DNA of 64,000 bases, taken from NCBI GenBank assembly GCA_963815215.1, contig CAWFFU010000011.1, positions 320,001 through 384,000 of the forward strand, written 5' to 3'. The notes under the pieces were generated by a model. That model searched no databases. It was not told where the DNA came from and worked only from the letters and a program-made list of their open reading frames with translations. Position 1 is the stretch's first letter. Every line of letters starts with the position of its first letter. The position numbers and the translations under genes were made by a program. Below are positions 42,136 to 54,129 of the stretch, in pieces. The stretch comes from an uncultured Trueperaceae bacterium (GTDB taxonomy: Bacteria > Deinococcota > Deinococci > Deinococcales > Trueperaceae).

Positions 42136-42166
42136 GACACACGGCCTAGGACACACGGCCTAGGAC
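42129..42166 (+). repeat. 14-bp tandem repeat GGCCTAGGACACAC, about 2.7 copies, overlapping the S4 gene stop
   Basis: Copies at 42129-42142, 42143-42156 and a partial at 42157-42166. Confidence 0.9.
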
Positions 42167-42343
42167 GCTCGCGGCCGGCCTCCCGCCGGGACCCGATGCT
42201 GGGACCCTCCCCCGGCACCACCCGATGGGACCACCCGCTGACGCAACCCCCCTGAACCCAGCCCCCTGGATCGAGTCCACCATTCCAGCCCGCTGAGATG
42301 GCCCGCTGCGACCGCCGCCACCGCCCGACACCGACGCGCTCGA

Positions 42344-42994
42344 TCAGAGCGAGGCGAGCACCTCCACCTTCAAGCCGTCCAGCGCCACCGGCTCCACCCT
42401 CTCCCCCGGGTACCACAAAGTGCGCGATCGGAACCTCCCCGCGGCGGGCGCCCGGTAGACCTCGAGCCAGACGTTCTCCAGGTCGAGCAGCCACACCTCA
42501 CCCACGCCGCCGCGGGCGTAGCGCGGCAAACGCGCGTCCATCGAACGGGCGCCACGCAGGACCTCGACCGCCAGCAGCGCCTCACCGCCGGCACGCGACG
42601 CCTCGCGTCCGAAGCGAGGTGAGGCATCGAGCAACGCCAGATCGGGACGCAGCAGGTCGCGCGGGCCGAGCCGCAGCGGCGGCAGGAAGGCCAGCTCGGC
42701 ACGTCCCAGCAGCACGGGCTCGAGCCGCGAGGCCAGCCCGACGACCGCGGCCACCTCGACCGACCGGGGCAGCGGCGGCACCTCGACCCTGCCGTCGATC
42801 AGCTCCGCCCGCGGTCCCGCGGGCAACGCCCCGGCCCGTTGCCGGGCCAGGAACTCGGCTACGCTGGTGCGCCCGCCGCCCGCTCCGCGGATGCGTGCGC
42901 CGTCCGGCGCGTGCGCGGGACCGTCCCGGAACGGGACCGGATCCTCCTGCAGAACCAGCCGCGGCACCGTCCCGCAGCTCGTCCACCATCCCAT
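42344..42994 (-). CDS. Uma2/DUF820 family putative endonuclease (start uncertain)
   Basis: RAELIDG, RPDLALL, LLAVEV, RYARGGVGEVWLLDL...LEVYR. Confidence 0.8.
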   Translation of the reverse strand: MGWWTSCGTVPRLVLQEDPVPFRDGPAHAPDGARIRGAGGGRTSVAEFLARQRAGALPAGPRAELIDGRVEVPPLPRSVEVAAVVGLASRLEPVLLGRAELAFLPPLRLGPRDLLRPDLALLDASPRFGREASRAGGEALLAVEVLRGARSMDARLPRYARGGVGEVWLLDLENVWLEVYRAPAAGRFRSRTLWYPGERVEPVALDGLKVEVLASL

Positions 42995-43087
42995 CGACTG
43001 TCACATCGCCTGTCGCATCGCCCGCCGCGTCCCGCGCCGCGTCCCGGGCCCCGTCCCGCGGTCCCTCCCCCGGCCCCTCCTCCGTTC
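42968..43087. repeat. Degenerate 12-bp tandem array (about 10 units)
   Basis: cgtcccgcagct cgtccaccatcc catcgactgtca catcgcctgtcg catcgcccgccg cgtcccgcgccg cgtcccgggccc cgtcccgcggtc cctcccccggcc cctcctccgttc. Confidence 0.65.
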
Positions 43088-43271
43088 GCCATCCGTGTCC
43101 GTCCCGCCGGCGGCTCCGTGTCATGCCAGGAGCATGCGCACCGCCGGAACTTGTTGCACGGGGTGCCGGGGCCGCGACCCAGCCGTTCTCGGCCGCGGTT
43201 GCTCCCGAGCCGGCAGCTCGCAGCGCCCGTGATACACTCCCGAGCGGGCGTCCGGAGGCCCTTGAATACCC

Positions 43272-46352
<3,081 letters not shown>

Positions 46353-46397
46353 GCGTCGCCGCTCCCGGGCGCACGCTCGGACAGGTCGATTCGAGGC

Positions 46398-48146
46398 CTA
46401 GAGCTCCGGCTCGTCCTGTGCTTCCCCGTCAGCCGGTGCGGGCCCATCGGCGGCGGCATCGGGGCTCTCCCCGTCGGCCTGCATCCACTCGGGCTCACCC
46501 AGGCCGGTGAGCCGTTCGCGACTGCGATTGGGCAACCGCCCGCGTAGTGACGAGGCGTAGTCCGCGAGGTTGGCGAGACCGTCGCCGACCGGCAGGCGCA
46601 AGCAGAACTCACCTTGCCCGACGCGCCCCACCAGGTGGAAGGGAGCTTCGGTGAGGCGCTCCAGCACCTTGAGCACCACGTCGCGACTGAGCGTCCCGCC
46701 GCCCGCCAGGTCCTCCAACAGGAACACCGTCGGGGCCCGCAGGCCCGCCAGGTGGGTGAGCACCTCCGAGAAGGCGCCGCGTTCCGCCACCAGCGTCGCC
46801 ACGCCCTTCTCGAAGCGTTCCAGGCCGTGTCCGAAGAGCCCCTCGCGCTCGAAGTGCAGCTCCAGATCGATGGGACCGACGGGGACGCTCTGGCTCAGGG
46901 TCCGTACCCGGTGGAGCCCCTCCCACGACCACAGAGTCGCGCGGGCGAGCTCGGCCGGCGCCTGCAACCGCTGCAGGTCACGCCGGTCACCGAAGACGGC
47001 CAGGTAGCGTGCGCCGGACTCGCGCCGCCGCGCCAGCAGGGCGGCCCAGTCGAGCCGCTGCCCGTAGCCCAGCGCGAACACCAGCGCCGTGTAGCCGCGT
47101 CGCCCGAGCTCGGCGTGCACCATGAGCTGGCCCTGGCCGAGCGCCTCCACGCGGAAGCCGAACGCCTGCAGCAGCTCGCGGGCCTGACCCACGGTCTGCA
47201 GGTCGATCTCCTCGTCGTCCTCCTCGCCGTGAGCCAGGGCGGCGTCGCCCGGGAAGACGGTCGGGGCGCGCGGCGGTGCCCGCCGCTCGCGAACCGCGGG
47301 TGAGGCGCCGCGCTCGTCGCTCGCCTCCGGATCGGGCGGTGCCGGGGTACGTTCCCGCTCCGGCGCGCTGCCGGGACCCGGATCGCTCGCCTCCGGAGCC
47401 GCGTCCGGCTCGCGCCAGGGCGTCGGCGCGCCGGTCTGCCAGGGATCCTGCCAGGTCGACTGCCACAGCGCCTCCTGGCGGGCCCCTCCGGGAGCCTGCG
47501 ATTCGGGCCGATCCTCGGCCGCCGGCGGCCCGCTCGCCGCCTCCCGGGCGACCGGTCGTGGCACGGCCACGCCCATGGGCGTGGCGGCGGGGTCCTGCGC
47601 CTTCCGTCCGGCGGCCTGGGCCCCGGTCCGTCGCGCGCGCTGCAGCGACTCTTCCTCGTCGATCCGGCGCTCGAGCGCCGCACGCGCATGCCAGCGGCCC
47701 TCGAAGAACACGAAGCGGTCGTCGGCCTCCAACAAGCTCTTCAGGTCGAAGTCCGCGGGCAGGTCGGGGTACAGCGCCCGCACCTCGACCTCGCTGGCCG
47801 CCAGCTCGGCCTCGGCCAGCTCGTCGAGCAGGGTGGCCACGGCGCCGGGACGCGCGTAGTCGGGCTTGCGGACACGCGGCAGCGGCGTGAACGCGAAGCG
47901 CCCGTCCTCGAGTGGTCGGATCAGGAGCTCGTCGTTGACGTCCAGCTCATGGGCCGCGAAGAACTCGTCCAGGCCGGCGACGGTGCGCGGACCCGTGACG
48001 ACGATCTCGAACTCGACATCGCTCCGCGTGTCGACGGCGGTAACGGCGCCGTCTTCCGGGAACAGGCCGAGCATCGTTCGCGGCAGGGTGAGCGCTCCGT
48101 GACGCAGGCAGTGACGCGTCAACGGATAGCGATACTCCTGATCCAT
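46398..48146 (-). CDS. Hypothetical protein (globular N- and C-terminal domains joined by a Pro/Ala-rich linker)
   Basis: Long ORF with native codon usage; GAGGGG RBS before MDQEYRYPL. Confidence 0.75.
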   Translation of the reverse strand: MDQEYRYPLTRHCLRHGALTLPRTMLGLFPEDGAVTAVDTRSDVEFEIVVTGPRTVAGLDEFFAAHELDVNDELLIRPLEDGRFAFTPLPRVRKPDYARPGAVATLLDELAEAELAASEVEVRALYPDLPADFDLKSLLEADDRFVFFEGRWHARAALERRIDEEESLQRARRTGAQAAGRKAQDPAATPMGVAVPRPVAREAASGPPAAEDRPESQAPGGARQEALWQSTWQDPWQTGAPTPWREPDAAPEASDPGPGSAPERERTPAPPDPEASDERGASPAVRERRAPPRAPTVFPGDAALAHGEEDDEEIDLQTVGQARELLQAFGFRVEALGQGQLMVHAELGRRGYTALVFALGYGQRLDWAALLARRRESGARYLAVFGDRRDLQRLQAPAELARATLWSWEGLHRVRTLSQSVPVGPIDLELHFEREGLFGHGLERFEKGVATLVAERGAFSEVLTHLAGLRAPTVFLLEDLAGGGTLSRDVVLKVLERLTEAPFHLVGRVGQGEFCLRLPVGDGLANLADYASSLRGRLPNRSRERLTGLGEPEWMQADGESPDAAADGPAPADGEAQDEPEL

Positions 48147-48275
48147 GGGTCCCCTCACGTGATCGGTCACGATACCGGCAGAGGCTGGCCTGCCCCGCGA
48201 GCGGCGGTCGCTCGCCCGTGGGACCACGTCCGGGCAGGCATTGTCATCATTTCGGCAAGTGTAACAGACACTCGG

Positions 48276-48476
48276 TCAATCGTCGTGACCCTCGCCCCGG
48301 AGCTTCTCGACGTTGCGTCGGAACACCTCCAGGCTCGGGAAACCCGTCGGCCGCATCACTCCGCCCGGCGCCCCGCGGTGCCCGCATGCCGGGCAACGGA
48401 CGTCGTCGTCCATGGTGGCGTCGGACGCGAAGACGTGCCCGCACTCGCCGCAACGCACGTGGGGGGTCATGGGCAT
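48276..48476 (-). CDS. Small zinc-ribbon protein (66 aa)
   Basis: GGGAGG RBS; MPMTPHVRCGECGHVF...VRCPACGH contains two CxxC pairs. Confidence 0.7.
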   Translation of the reverse strand: MPMTPHVRCGECGHVFASDATMDDDVRCPACGHRGAPGGVMRPTGFPSLEVFRRNVEKLRGEGHDD

Positions 48477-48567
48477 CGGGATCCTCCCTGCCGAGGTGAC
48501 CCCGGCGCGACCGGCGGACGCGGCGCTCGCTCGCGTCCGCTGTGCCGCCGGCCGCGCCGGACCCTCA

Positions 48568-51369
48568 TCACTCCTTGCCGGTCCCGCCGAACACCAGCCG
48601 GCGGCGCTTGCGGCGGGGCCGCTCGCCTCCGCCCTGGTCGGCGGGTGGGCCGGCCGGCGCCTTCTCGGCCGGCGCCTTTCTTGCTGGCTCGGCGCGACCG
48701 GCGCCGGCGGACGAGCCCTTGCCGCTCTGGGCGCGAGCGTCGGCCGCTGCGGCGGTCCCCTCTTGGGCGCCGCCTCCCTTGCTCGAACGGCGGCGCCGGC
48801 TGCGCTTGGCAGCGGGCTTGGCGCCGCTCTCCTCGGCGGGGGCCGCTGCAGTCGGCACGGCGGCCGGAGCCTCTGCGGGCGTTTCGACTTGCCCTGCGCT
48901 GCTCTTGCCGGCGGCCCTCGAGCCGCCCCTGCGCGAGCGCCTGGAGGGCGCGGCCGTCTCGCCGGCACCCTTGTCCGCGACCTTGCCGGCCGCCTTGTCC
49001 GCACCGGCGGCCGCGGCCTTCGGTTCGGCCTTGGCGCCACCCTTGGCGCGGCTCTTCGACCCGGACGCCGGCCCGGACTTGGCCGCCGCTTTCGACCCGG
49101 TCTTGGCCGCCGCCTTGCCGCCTCCGCGCTGAGCGCGGCCGTTGCCGCTCGCCTTGGCACCCTCCTCGGCCGTGAATGCCGAGGGGGCCTTGAGCGTCTT
49201 GGGAGGCTTCTGTCGCACGGGCTTCTCCTCGATCTCCACCTCGGGCATCTCCATGGTCGCCGGGATGAGGTCGATCTGCCGCTGGGTGGGATTGGCCTGC
49301 AGCACCTTCACCTCGACGCGGTCGCCCATCCGATAGCGCTTGCGGGTGTGCTTGCCCATCAGCATCAGGGCGTCCTCGAGGTAGATGTAGTAATCGTCGT
49401 CGAGGTGGGAGACGTGCATCAGGCCCTCGACGCCGTTCTGCAGGCTGACGAAGACGCCGAAGTTGGTGACGCCGCTGACCACGCCGTGGAAGGTCTCGCC
49501 GATGTGATCCTTGGCCCAACGCGCGTGGTAGTAGCGGCTCAGGTCGCGTTCGGCGCTCTCGGCACGGCGCTCGCGGTCGCTCGATTGCTCCGCCAGCTTC
49601 GGGAAGTCGGTCTTCAGCCGCTCCTTCAGCGTCGGCGACAGGCGGTGCTGCAGCAGCGCGCGCATCACGCGGTGGACCACCAGGTCGGGATAGCGGCGGA
49701 TCGGGCTGGTGAAGTGGAGGTAGTTCTCGAACGCCAGCCCGAAGTGACCCAGGTTCTCGGAGCTGTAGCGCGCCTGCTTGAGGCTTCGCAGCAGCAACGT
49801 GTTGACGATCTGCGACTCCGGCTTGCCTGCCGCCTCACGCAGGATCCGCTGCAGGTCCTGCGGCCGCGCCTTCTCCAGATCCAGGGTGTACCCGAGTCGG
49901 GCGAGCGCCTTCTGCAGGGCCTGCACCTTCTCGGCGCTGGGATCCTCGTGCACCCGGAACAGCGCGGGCACGTCGCGCCTGTCGAGCTCCTCGGCCACCA
50001 GTCGATTGGCCAGCAACATCATCTCCTCGATGAGCTGCCGGGCGGTGTTGCTGCGCACGGGTGTGAGGTGCAGTGCACCCTGCTCATCGACGTCGACCTT
50101 GGCTTCGGTGAAGTCGAAGTCGAGCGCGCCCGCGCCGATGCGCTGCTTGCGGAGCTCCTGGCTCAGGTTGATGAGCACCTTGATGTCGCGCTCCAGCTTG
50201 CGCTTGCCGTGAGGGAGGCGCCCGCCGTCGCTGAACGTCTGCACCTGCTCGTACGTCAGGCGCGCATCGGACTCGATCACGGTCTCGCGGAAGCGCACGC
50301 TCTTGACCTCGCCGGCCCGGGTGATGTCGACGAACACCGACAGAGCCAGCCTCGGCTGCCCCTCGACCAGTGAACAGATGCCGTTGGAGAGCGTCTCGGG
50401 CAGCATCGGCAGGGTGCGGCCGGGGAGGTACACGCTGGTGGCGCGCTCCTGCGCCTCGTCGTCGAGGCTGGTGCCCTCCGCCACGTAGTACGAGACGTCG
50501 GCGATGTGAACGCCCACGCGCAACAGACCGTCCTTGCCGCTCCCCTCGAGGCGCTCGAGCGACAGCGCGTCGTCGAAGTCCTTGGCGTCCTCGCCGTCGA
50601 TGGTGAAGGTGGCGTTGTGGCGGTAGTCCGACCGGCCCGCCATCATCTCGCCGTCGACCGTGGGCGGGACCGCCTTGGCCTCAGCGTCGGTGTCGGGGTC
50701 GAACTCGGCCTTGAGGCCGTACTTGACGATCACGGCCTTGGTCTCCACCTCGGGGTCGTCTTCGGCCCCGAGGAACTCCTCGACCTCGCCGAAGGGCTCC
50801 TTCTCCCCGGAGGCTTCGGGCCACACCATGTGGGCCACGATCCGCGAGCCGCCCTCGAGCTTGCCCACCGACTCGGGCGTGAGCAGGATGCGCTCGCGCA
50901 GGCGCGGCGAGTCGGGACGCAGGATGGCGTAACCGCGCGCGTACTCGAGGGTGCCGACCACGTGCGCGTAGCCGCGCTCGAGGATCCGCACGACCTCGCC
51001 GCTCTGGCGATCGTCCTCACCGGACATGGTGTTGGGGCGCGCGACCACCCGGTCGCCGTCCCAGGCGCCGGCCAGCTTGTTCGCCGGGATGAAGAGATCC
51101 TTGCCCTCACCGCTGTCGGAGATGACGAAGCCGTAACCGCCCGAAGTGACCTGGAGCTTGCCGATGAAGAGGTTCATCTCCTGCGGCAGACCGAAGGTAC
51201 GCCGACGGGTGCGGATCAGGCGACCCTCGTCGGCGAGGTCGGCCAGCAGCTTGTGGAGCGCGTTGCGATCTTCGATTTGCAGGTGCTTCTGCACGTCCTG
51301 GACATGCCAGGGATGCTCCGGATTGCTCCGGAAGAAGGTGAACACCTGTTCCTTGTCGAGTTCAACCAT
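48568..51369 (-). CDS. rnr: Ribonuclease R
   Basis: N-terminal HTH and CSDs, TIDGEDAKDFDDA, HFTSPIRRYPDL, S1 domain, long Lys/Ala-rich basic tail. Confidence 0.96.
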   Translation of the reverse strand: MVELDKEQVFTFFRSNPEHPWHVQDVQKHLQIEDRNALHKLLADLADEGRLIRTRRRTFGLPQEMNLFIGKLQVTSGGYGFVISDSGEGKDLFIPANKLAGAWDGDRVVARPNTMSGEDDRQSGEVVRILERGYAHVVGTLEYARGYAILRPDSPRLRERILLTPESVGKLEGGSRIVAHMVWPEASGEKEPFGEVEEFLGAEDDPEVETKAVIVKYGLKAEFDPDTDAEAKAVPPTVDGEMMAGRSDYRHNATFTIDGEDAKDFDDALSLERLEGSGKDGLLRVGVHIADVSYYVAEGTSLDDEAQERATSVYLPGRTLPMLPETLSNGICSLVEGQPRLALSVFVDITRAGEVKSVRFRETVIESDARLTYEQVQTFSDGGRLPHGKRKLERDIKVLINLSQELRKQRIGAGALDFDFTEAKVDVDEQGALHLTPVRSNTARQLIEEMMLLANRLVAEELDRRDVPALFRVHEDPSAEKVQALQKALARLGYTLDLEKARPQDLQRILREAAGKPESQIVNTLLLRSLKQARYSSENLGHFGLAFENYLHFTSPIRRYPDLVVHRVMRALLQHRLSPTLKERLKTDFPKLAEQSSDRERRAESAERDLSRYYHARWAKDHIGETFHGVVSGVTNFGVFVSLQNGVEGLMHVSHLDDDYYIYLEDALMLMGKHTRKRYRMGDRVEVKVLQANPTQRQIDLIPATMEMPEVEIEEKPVRQKPPKTLKAPSAFTAEEGAKASGNGRAQRGGGKAAAKTGSKAAAKSGPASGSKSRAKGGAKAEPKAAAAGADKAAGKVADKGAGETAAPSRRSRRGGSRAAGKSSAGQVETPAEAPAAVPTAAAPAEESGAKPAAKRSRRRRSSKGGGAQEGTAAAADARAQSGKGSSAGAGRAEPARKAPAEKAPAGPPADQGGGERPRRKRRRLVFGGTGKE

Positions 51370-51514
51370 TGCAGCAAGTGTAGCCCGCGCGCGACCCACA
51401 CCCCGTCGGCAACGCGGGCCGAGCCGGAGCGGCCGGGCCACAGCGTGGGATCGGGGCCCGCCTTCTCCGCCCTCCGCTCTCGACCATCGTCACCGACGCC
51501 ACGGGAGCGCACCT

Positions 51515-51554
51515 CCTTTCGGGACTTTCAGCTCTGACTGAAATTCGCCGAAGG
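51515..51554. promoter_or_regulatory. Inverted-repeat operator upstream of the GbsR/MarR-type regulator
   Basis: Core TTTCAG-N6-CTGAAA (51526-51543) nested in the imperfect repeat CCTTTCGG...CCGAAGG; TAGTCT -10-like box at 51558-51563. Confidence 0.65.
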
Positions 51555-51585
51555 CCGTAGTCTCGTGTCCTAGGGAGGGGTCATC

Positions 51586-52101
51586 ATCGAACGACGCGCG
51601 CCCGCCGAACGGGGGGCCCTGCTGGCACTCATCGAGGAGATCGGGCTCACCTTCGAAGCCCAGGGCCTGCCGCGCATGGCCGGTCGCATCGTCGGCGCCC
51701 TACTGGTGGCCGACCCGCCCGAGCAGTCGGCCGACCAGCTGGCCCAGACCCTCCACGCCAGCCGCAGCTCGATCAGCACCATGACGCGACTCCTGGAAGG
51801 CACCGGGCTGATCGACCGGGTCAGCAAACCGGCCGATCGCAGGCTCTACTACCGCAACCGCCCCGACGCCTGGCACCAGCGCACGCTGGACGCCGTGGAC
51901 CCGATCCGCCGCATGCGCACGCTGGCCGAGAAGGGGCTGCGCCTGATGGACGGCGCCTCCCCCGAGGTCCTGCGCGGACTGGTGGACATGTATCAGTTCT
52001 ACGCCTACTGGGAACGTAGCATGCCCCGCATGATCGCCGCCTGGGAGGACGCCAGGGACCGCGGCGACCTGCCCGAGCCGCCCGCCGGGGAGCCGCCGTG
52101 A
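51586..52101 (+). CDS. GbsR/MarR family transcriptional regulator (probable non-canonical start)
   Basis: LIEEIGLTFEAQGLPRMAGRIVGALL..EQSADQLAQTL.ASRSSIST wHTH, DRRLYY; the conserved helix lies upstream of the first ATG (51676). Confidence 0.8.
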   Translation: MERRAPAERGALLALIEEIGLTFEAQGLPRMAGRIVGALLVADPPEQSADQLAQTLHASRSSISTMTRLLEGTGLIDRVSKPADRRLYYRNRPDAWHQRTLDAVDPIRRMRTLAEKGLRLMDGASPEVLRGLVDMYQFYAYWERSMPRMIAAWEDARDRGDLPEPPAGEPP

Positions 52102-53369
52102 CCCCGGCCATGACCCCTGCCCCGCCGCGGCCGCGTCGCGCCCACGACCTCGCCAGCCTGACGCGACTGGCGTGGCGTAACCTGTGGCGCCAGCGCCGCC
52201 GCACGCTGCTGCTGGTCGTGGTGGTCGCCTACGCCACCCTGGCGATCGTGTTCTTCTGGGGCTTCACCGATGGCTTCCTCGACTCCGTCATGAACGCTCA
52301 GGGCCGCCTGGTGGCGGCGCCCGTGCTGATCACCAGCGAGGTCTACCACCACGATCCGGACCCGTCGAACGGGCTGTCCGGACTGGCGGCGCTGGAGGCC
52401 CTGGCCCTGGCCGACCCGCATGTCGGCGCAGTGGCGCCCCGCATCGACTTCGGCGCGTTGCTGCGCTCGCCCTACGCCACCGAAGGCGTGATGGCCCGCG
52501 GCGTCGACCCCGCTCGCGAGGGCCGCGTGTCCGACCTACCCGCGCGGGTGAGCCAGGGCCGCATGCTGCAGGGGCCGGGCGAGATCGTTCTGGGCAAGGG
52601 GCTGGCCGAACGGCTCGACGTGCGCCTGGGAGAACGCCTGGCGGTGGACGCTTCGGCCCTGGCCGGACCGCAGGCGCTCGGACTCCGGCTGGTAGGGCTC
52701 ATCGACGCCGGAACGCCGGTCATCGACGACTCCACGGCCCTGATCGACCTGGCCGATGCCCGCACCCTGACGGGGGTCGCCGGCGCCACCGGGCTGGCCC
52801 TCGACGTTCCCCTGGGGCAGGAGACGGCCGCGGCGCAAGCGATCAGCGCGCGCCTCCCAGACGGAATCCACGCCTACGCCGTGGGCGATCTTCTCGGCGC
52901 GCTGCAACGTGGCCTCGCGGCCGAACGCATCCAGATGATCCCGATGGGCCTGCTGTTCTCCCTGTTCGCCGCCGTCGCCGTCACCACCACGGTCGTGGTG
53001 AGCGTGCTGGAACGCATCCGGGAGTTCGGCGTGATCGTCTCCCTGGGGCTCGACCAGGCCAGCCTGGCCTGGCTGGTGACCTTCGAGTCCGTGTTCGCGA
53101 CCGCCCTGGGCTGGCTGGTCGGCCTCGCCGCCGGCTACGGGCTGCTGTGGGTCTTCAGCACCACCAACGCCCTGGGAGCGCTGATGATCCACACCTACGG
53201 CGACATCGTTCAGGGCCTCGCCCTGACCGACCAGATCTACGCTTCGGTGCGCCTCGAGTACGCCCTGTTCGCCTCCGTCACCATCGCCTTCGCAGCCCTG
53301 TTCTCGGCGCTGGCGCCGGCGCGCCGCGTCCGCCGGCTCAACCCCGCCGAAGCCATGCGCGCGCAGTGA
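52098..53369 (+). CDS. ABC transporter permease, FtsX/MacB/LolE-like
   Basis: LAWRNLWRQRRRT, periplasmic domain, SVLERIREFG, LNPAEAMR. Confidence 0.9.
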   Translation: MTPAMTPAPPRPRRAHDLASLTRLAWRNLWRQRRRTLLLVVVVAYATLAIVFFWGFTDGFLDSVMNAQGRLVAAPVLITSEVYHHDPDPSNGLSGLAALEALALADPHVGAVAPRIDFGALLRSPYATEGVMARGVDPAREGRVSDLPARVSQGRMLQGPGEIVLGKGLAERLDVRLGERLAVDASALAGPQALGLRLVGLIDAGTPVIDDSTALIDLADARTLTGVAGATGLALDVPLGQETAAAQAISARLPDGIHAYAVGDLLGALQRGLAAERIQMIPMGLLFSLFAAVAVTTTVVVSVLERIREFGVIVSLGLDQASLAWLVTFESVFATALGWLVGLAAGYGLLWVFSTTNALGALMIHTYGDIVQGLALTDQIYASVRLEYALFASVTIAFAALFSALAPARRVRRLNPAEAMRAQ

Positions 53370-53382
53370 AAGGACACGGTCC

Positions 53383-54129
53383 ATGACACGCTTCGTTGCT
53401 CGAACGTTGGTCGCTGCCGTGCTGCTGGGGGTCACCGGCATCGCTGCCGCCCAGGACTCGGCGCAGGCCGTTCTGGATAGGGTCGTGGAGAACCTGCGCG
53501 GCGTCAGCCAGTGGGCGACGCTGCAACTCACCGTCGAGCGCCCGCAGAGCACCACCGAGTACGTCATGGAGATCGTCACCGACGGCGACAAGCGCTCGCT
53601 GGCCCGCGTCACGGCGCCGCCGCGGGACGCCGGCCAGGCGTTCCTGTCGGTCGACACCAACCTGCTCATCTACAATCCCCGGCTCGGCCGGAGCCTCCGC
53701 CTGCCCCCATCGGGCCGCAGCAACGCCTTCCTGGGGTCCGATCTCTCCTACGACGATCTGGCCGGCGAGGAGTACCGCGACCAGTACGACGCCGCCATCG
53801 CCGACCGGAGCGCCACTGCCATCACCCTCGACCTCACCCCGCACCCGGAGGCGCCCACCCCCTACGGCAAGCTGGAGTTCCGCGTCCAGCCCGGCACCTA
53901 CGCTCCGCTCTCGCTCACCTTCTTCGATCAGCGGGGCAACGCGGTCAGGCGTATGAGCTTCGCGGAGTTCAAGCAGGTGGACGGCAGGACCGTTCCCGAA
54001 CGCTTCGAGGTCGTCGACCTGTTGAAGGACGGCTACCGGACGGTCGCGTCCTGGACCCAGGTCGATTACCGCACGCCGGTCCCGGACCGTTGCTTCACCG
54101 AGGCCGCGCTCGAGCGGGGGTGCCGCTAG
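53383..54129 (+). CDS. LolA-like outer-membrane lipoprotein-sorting protein
   Basis: Signal peptide, P.RDAGQAFL, IYNPRLGR, FLGSDLSYDDL. Confidence 0.85.
   Translation: MTRFVARTLVAAVLLGVTGIAAAQDSAQAVLDRVVENLRGVSQWATLQLTVERPQSTTEYVMEIVTDGDKRSLARVTAPPRDAGQAFLSVDTNLLIYNPRLGRSLRLPPSGRSNAFLGSDLSYDDLAGEEYRDQYDAAIADRSATAITLDLTPHPEAPTPYGKLEFRVQPGTYAPLSLTFFDQRGNAVRRMSFAEFKQVDGRTVPERFEVVDLLKDGYRTVASWTQVDYRTPVPDRCFTEAALERGCR

Noticed and set aside
42129..42166. Possible CRISPR array
   Set aside because: Units are only 14 bp, directly adjacent with no spacers, and no cas genes are present in the window
35900..42300. Prophage, IS or integrative element explaining the island
   Set aside because: No integrase, transposase, tRNA attachment site or terminal repeats were seen
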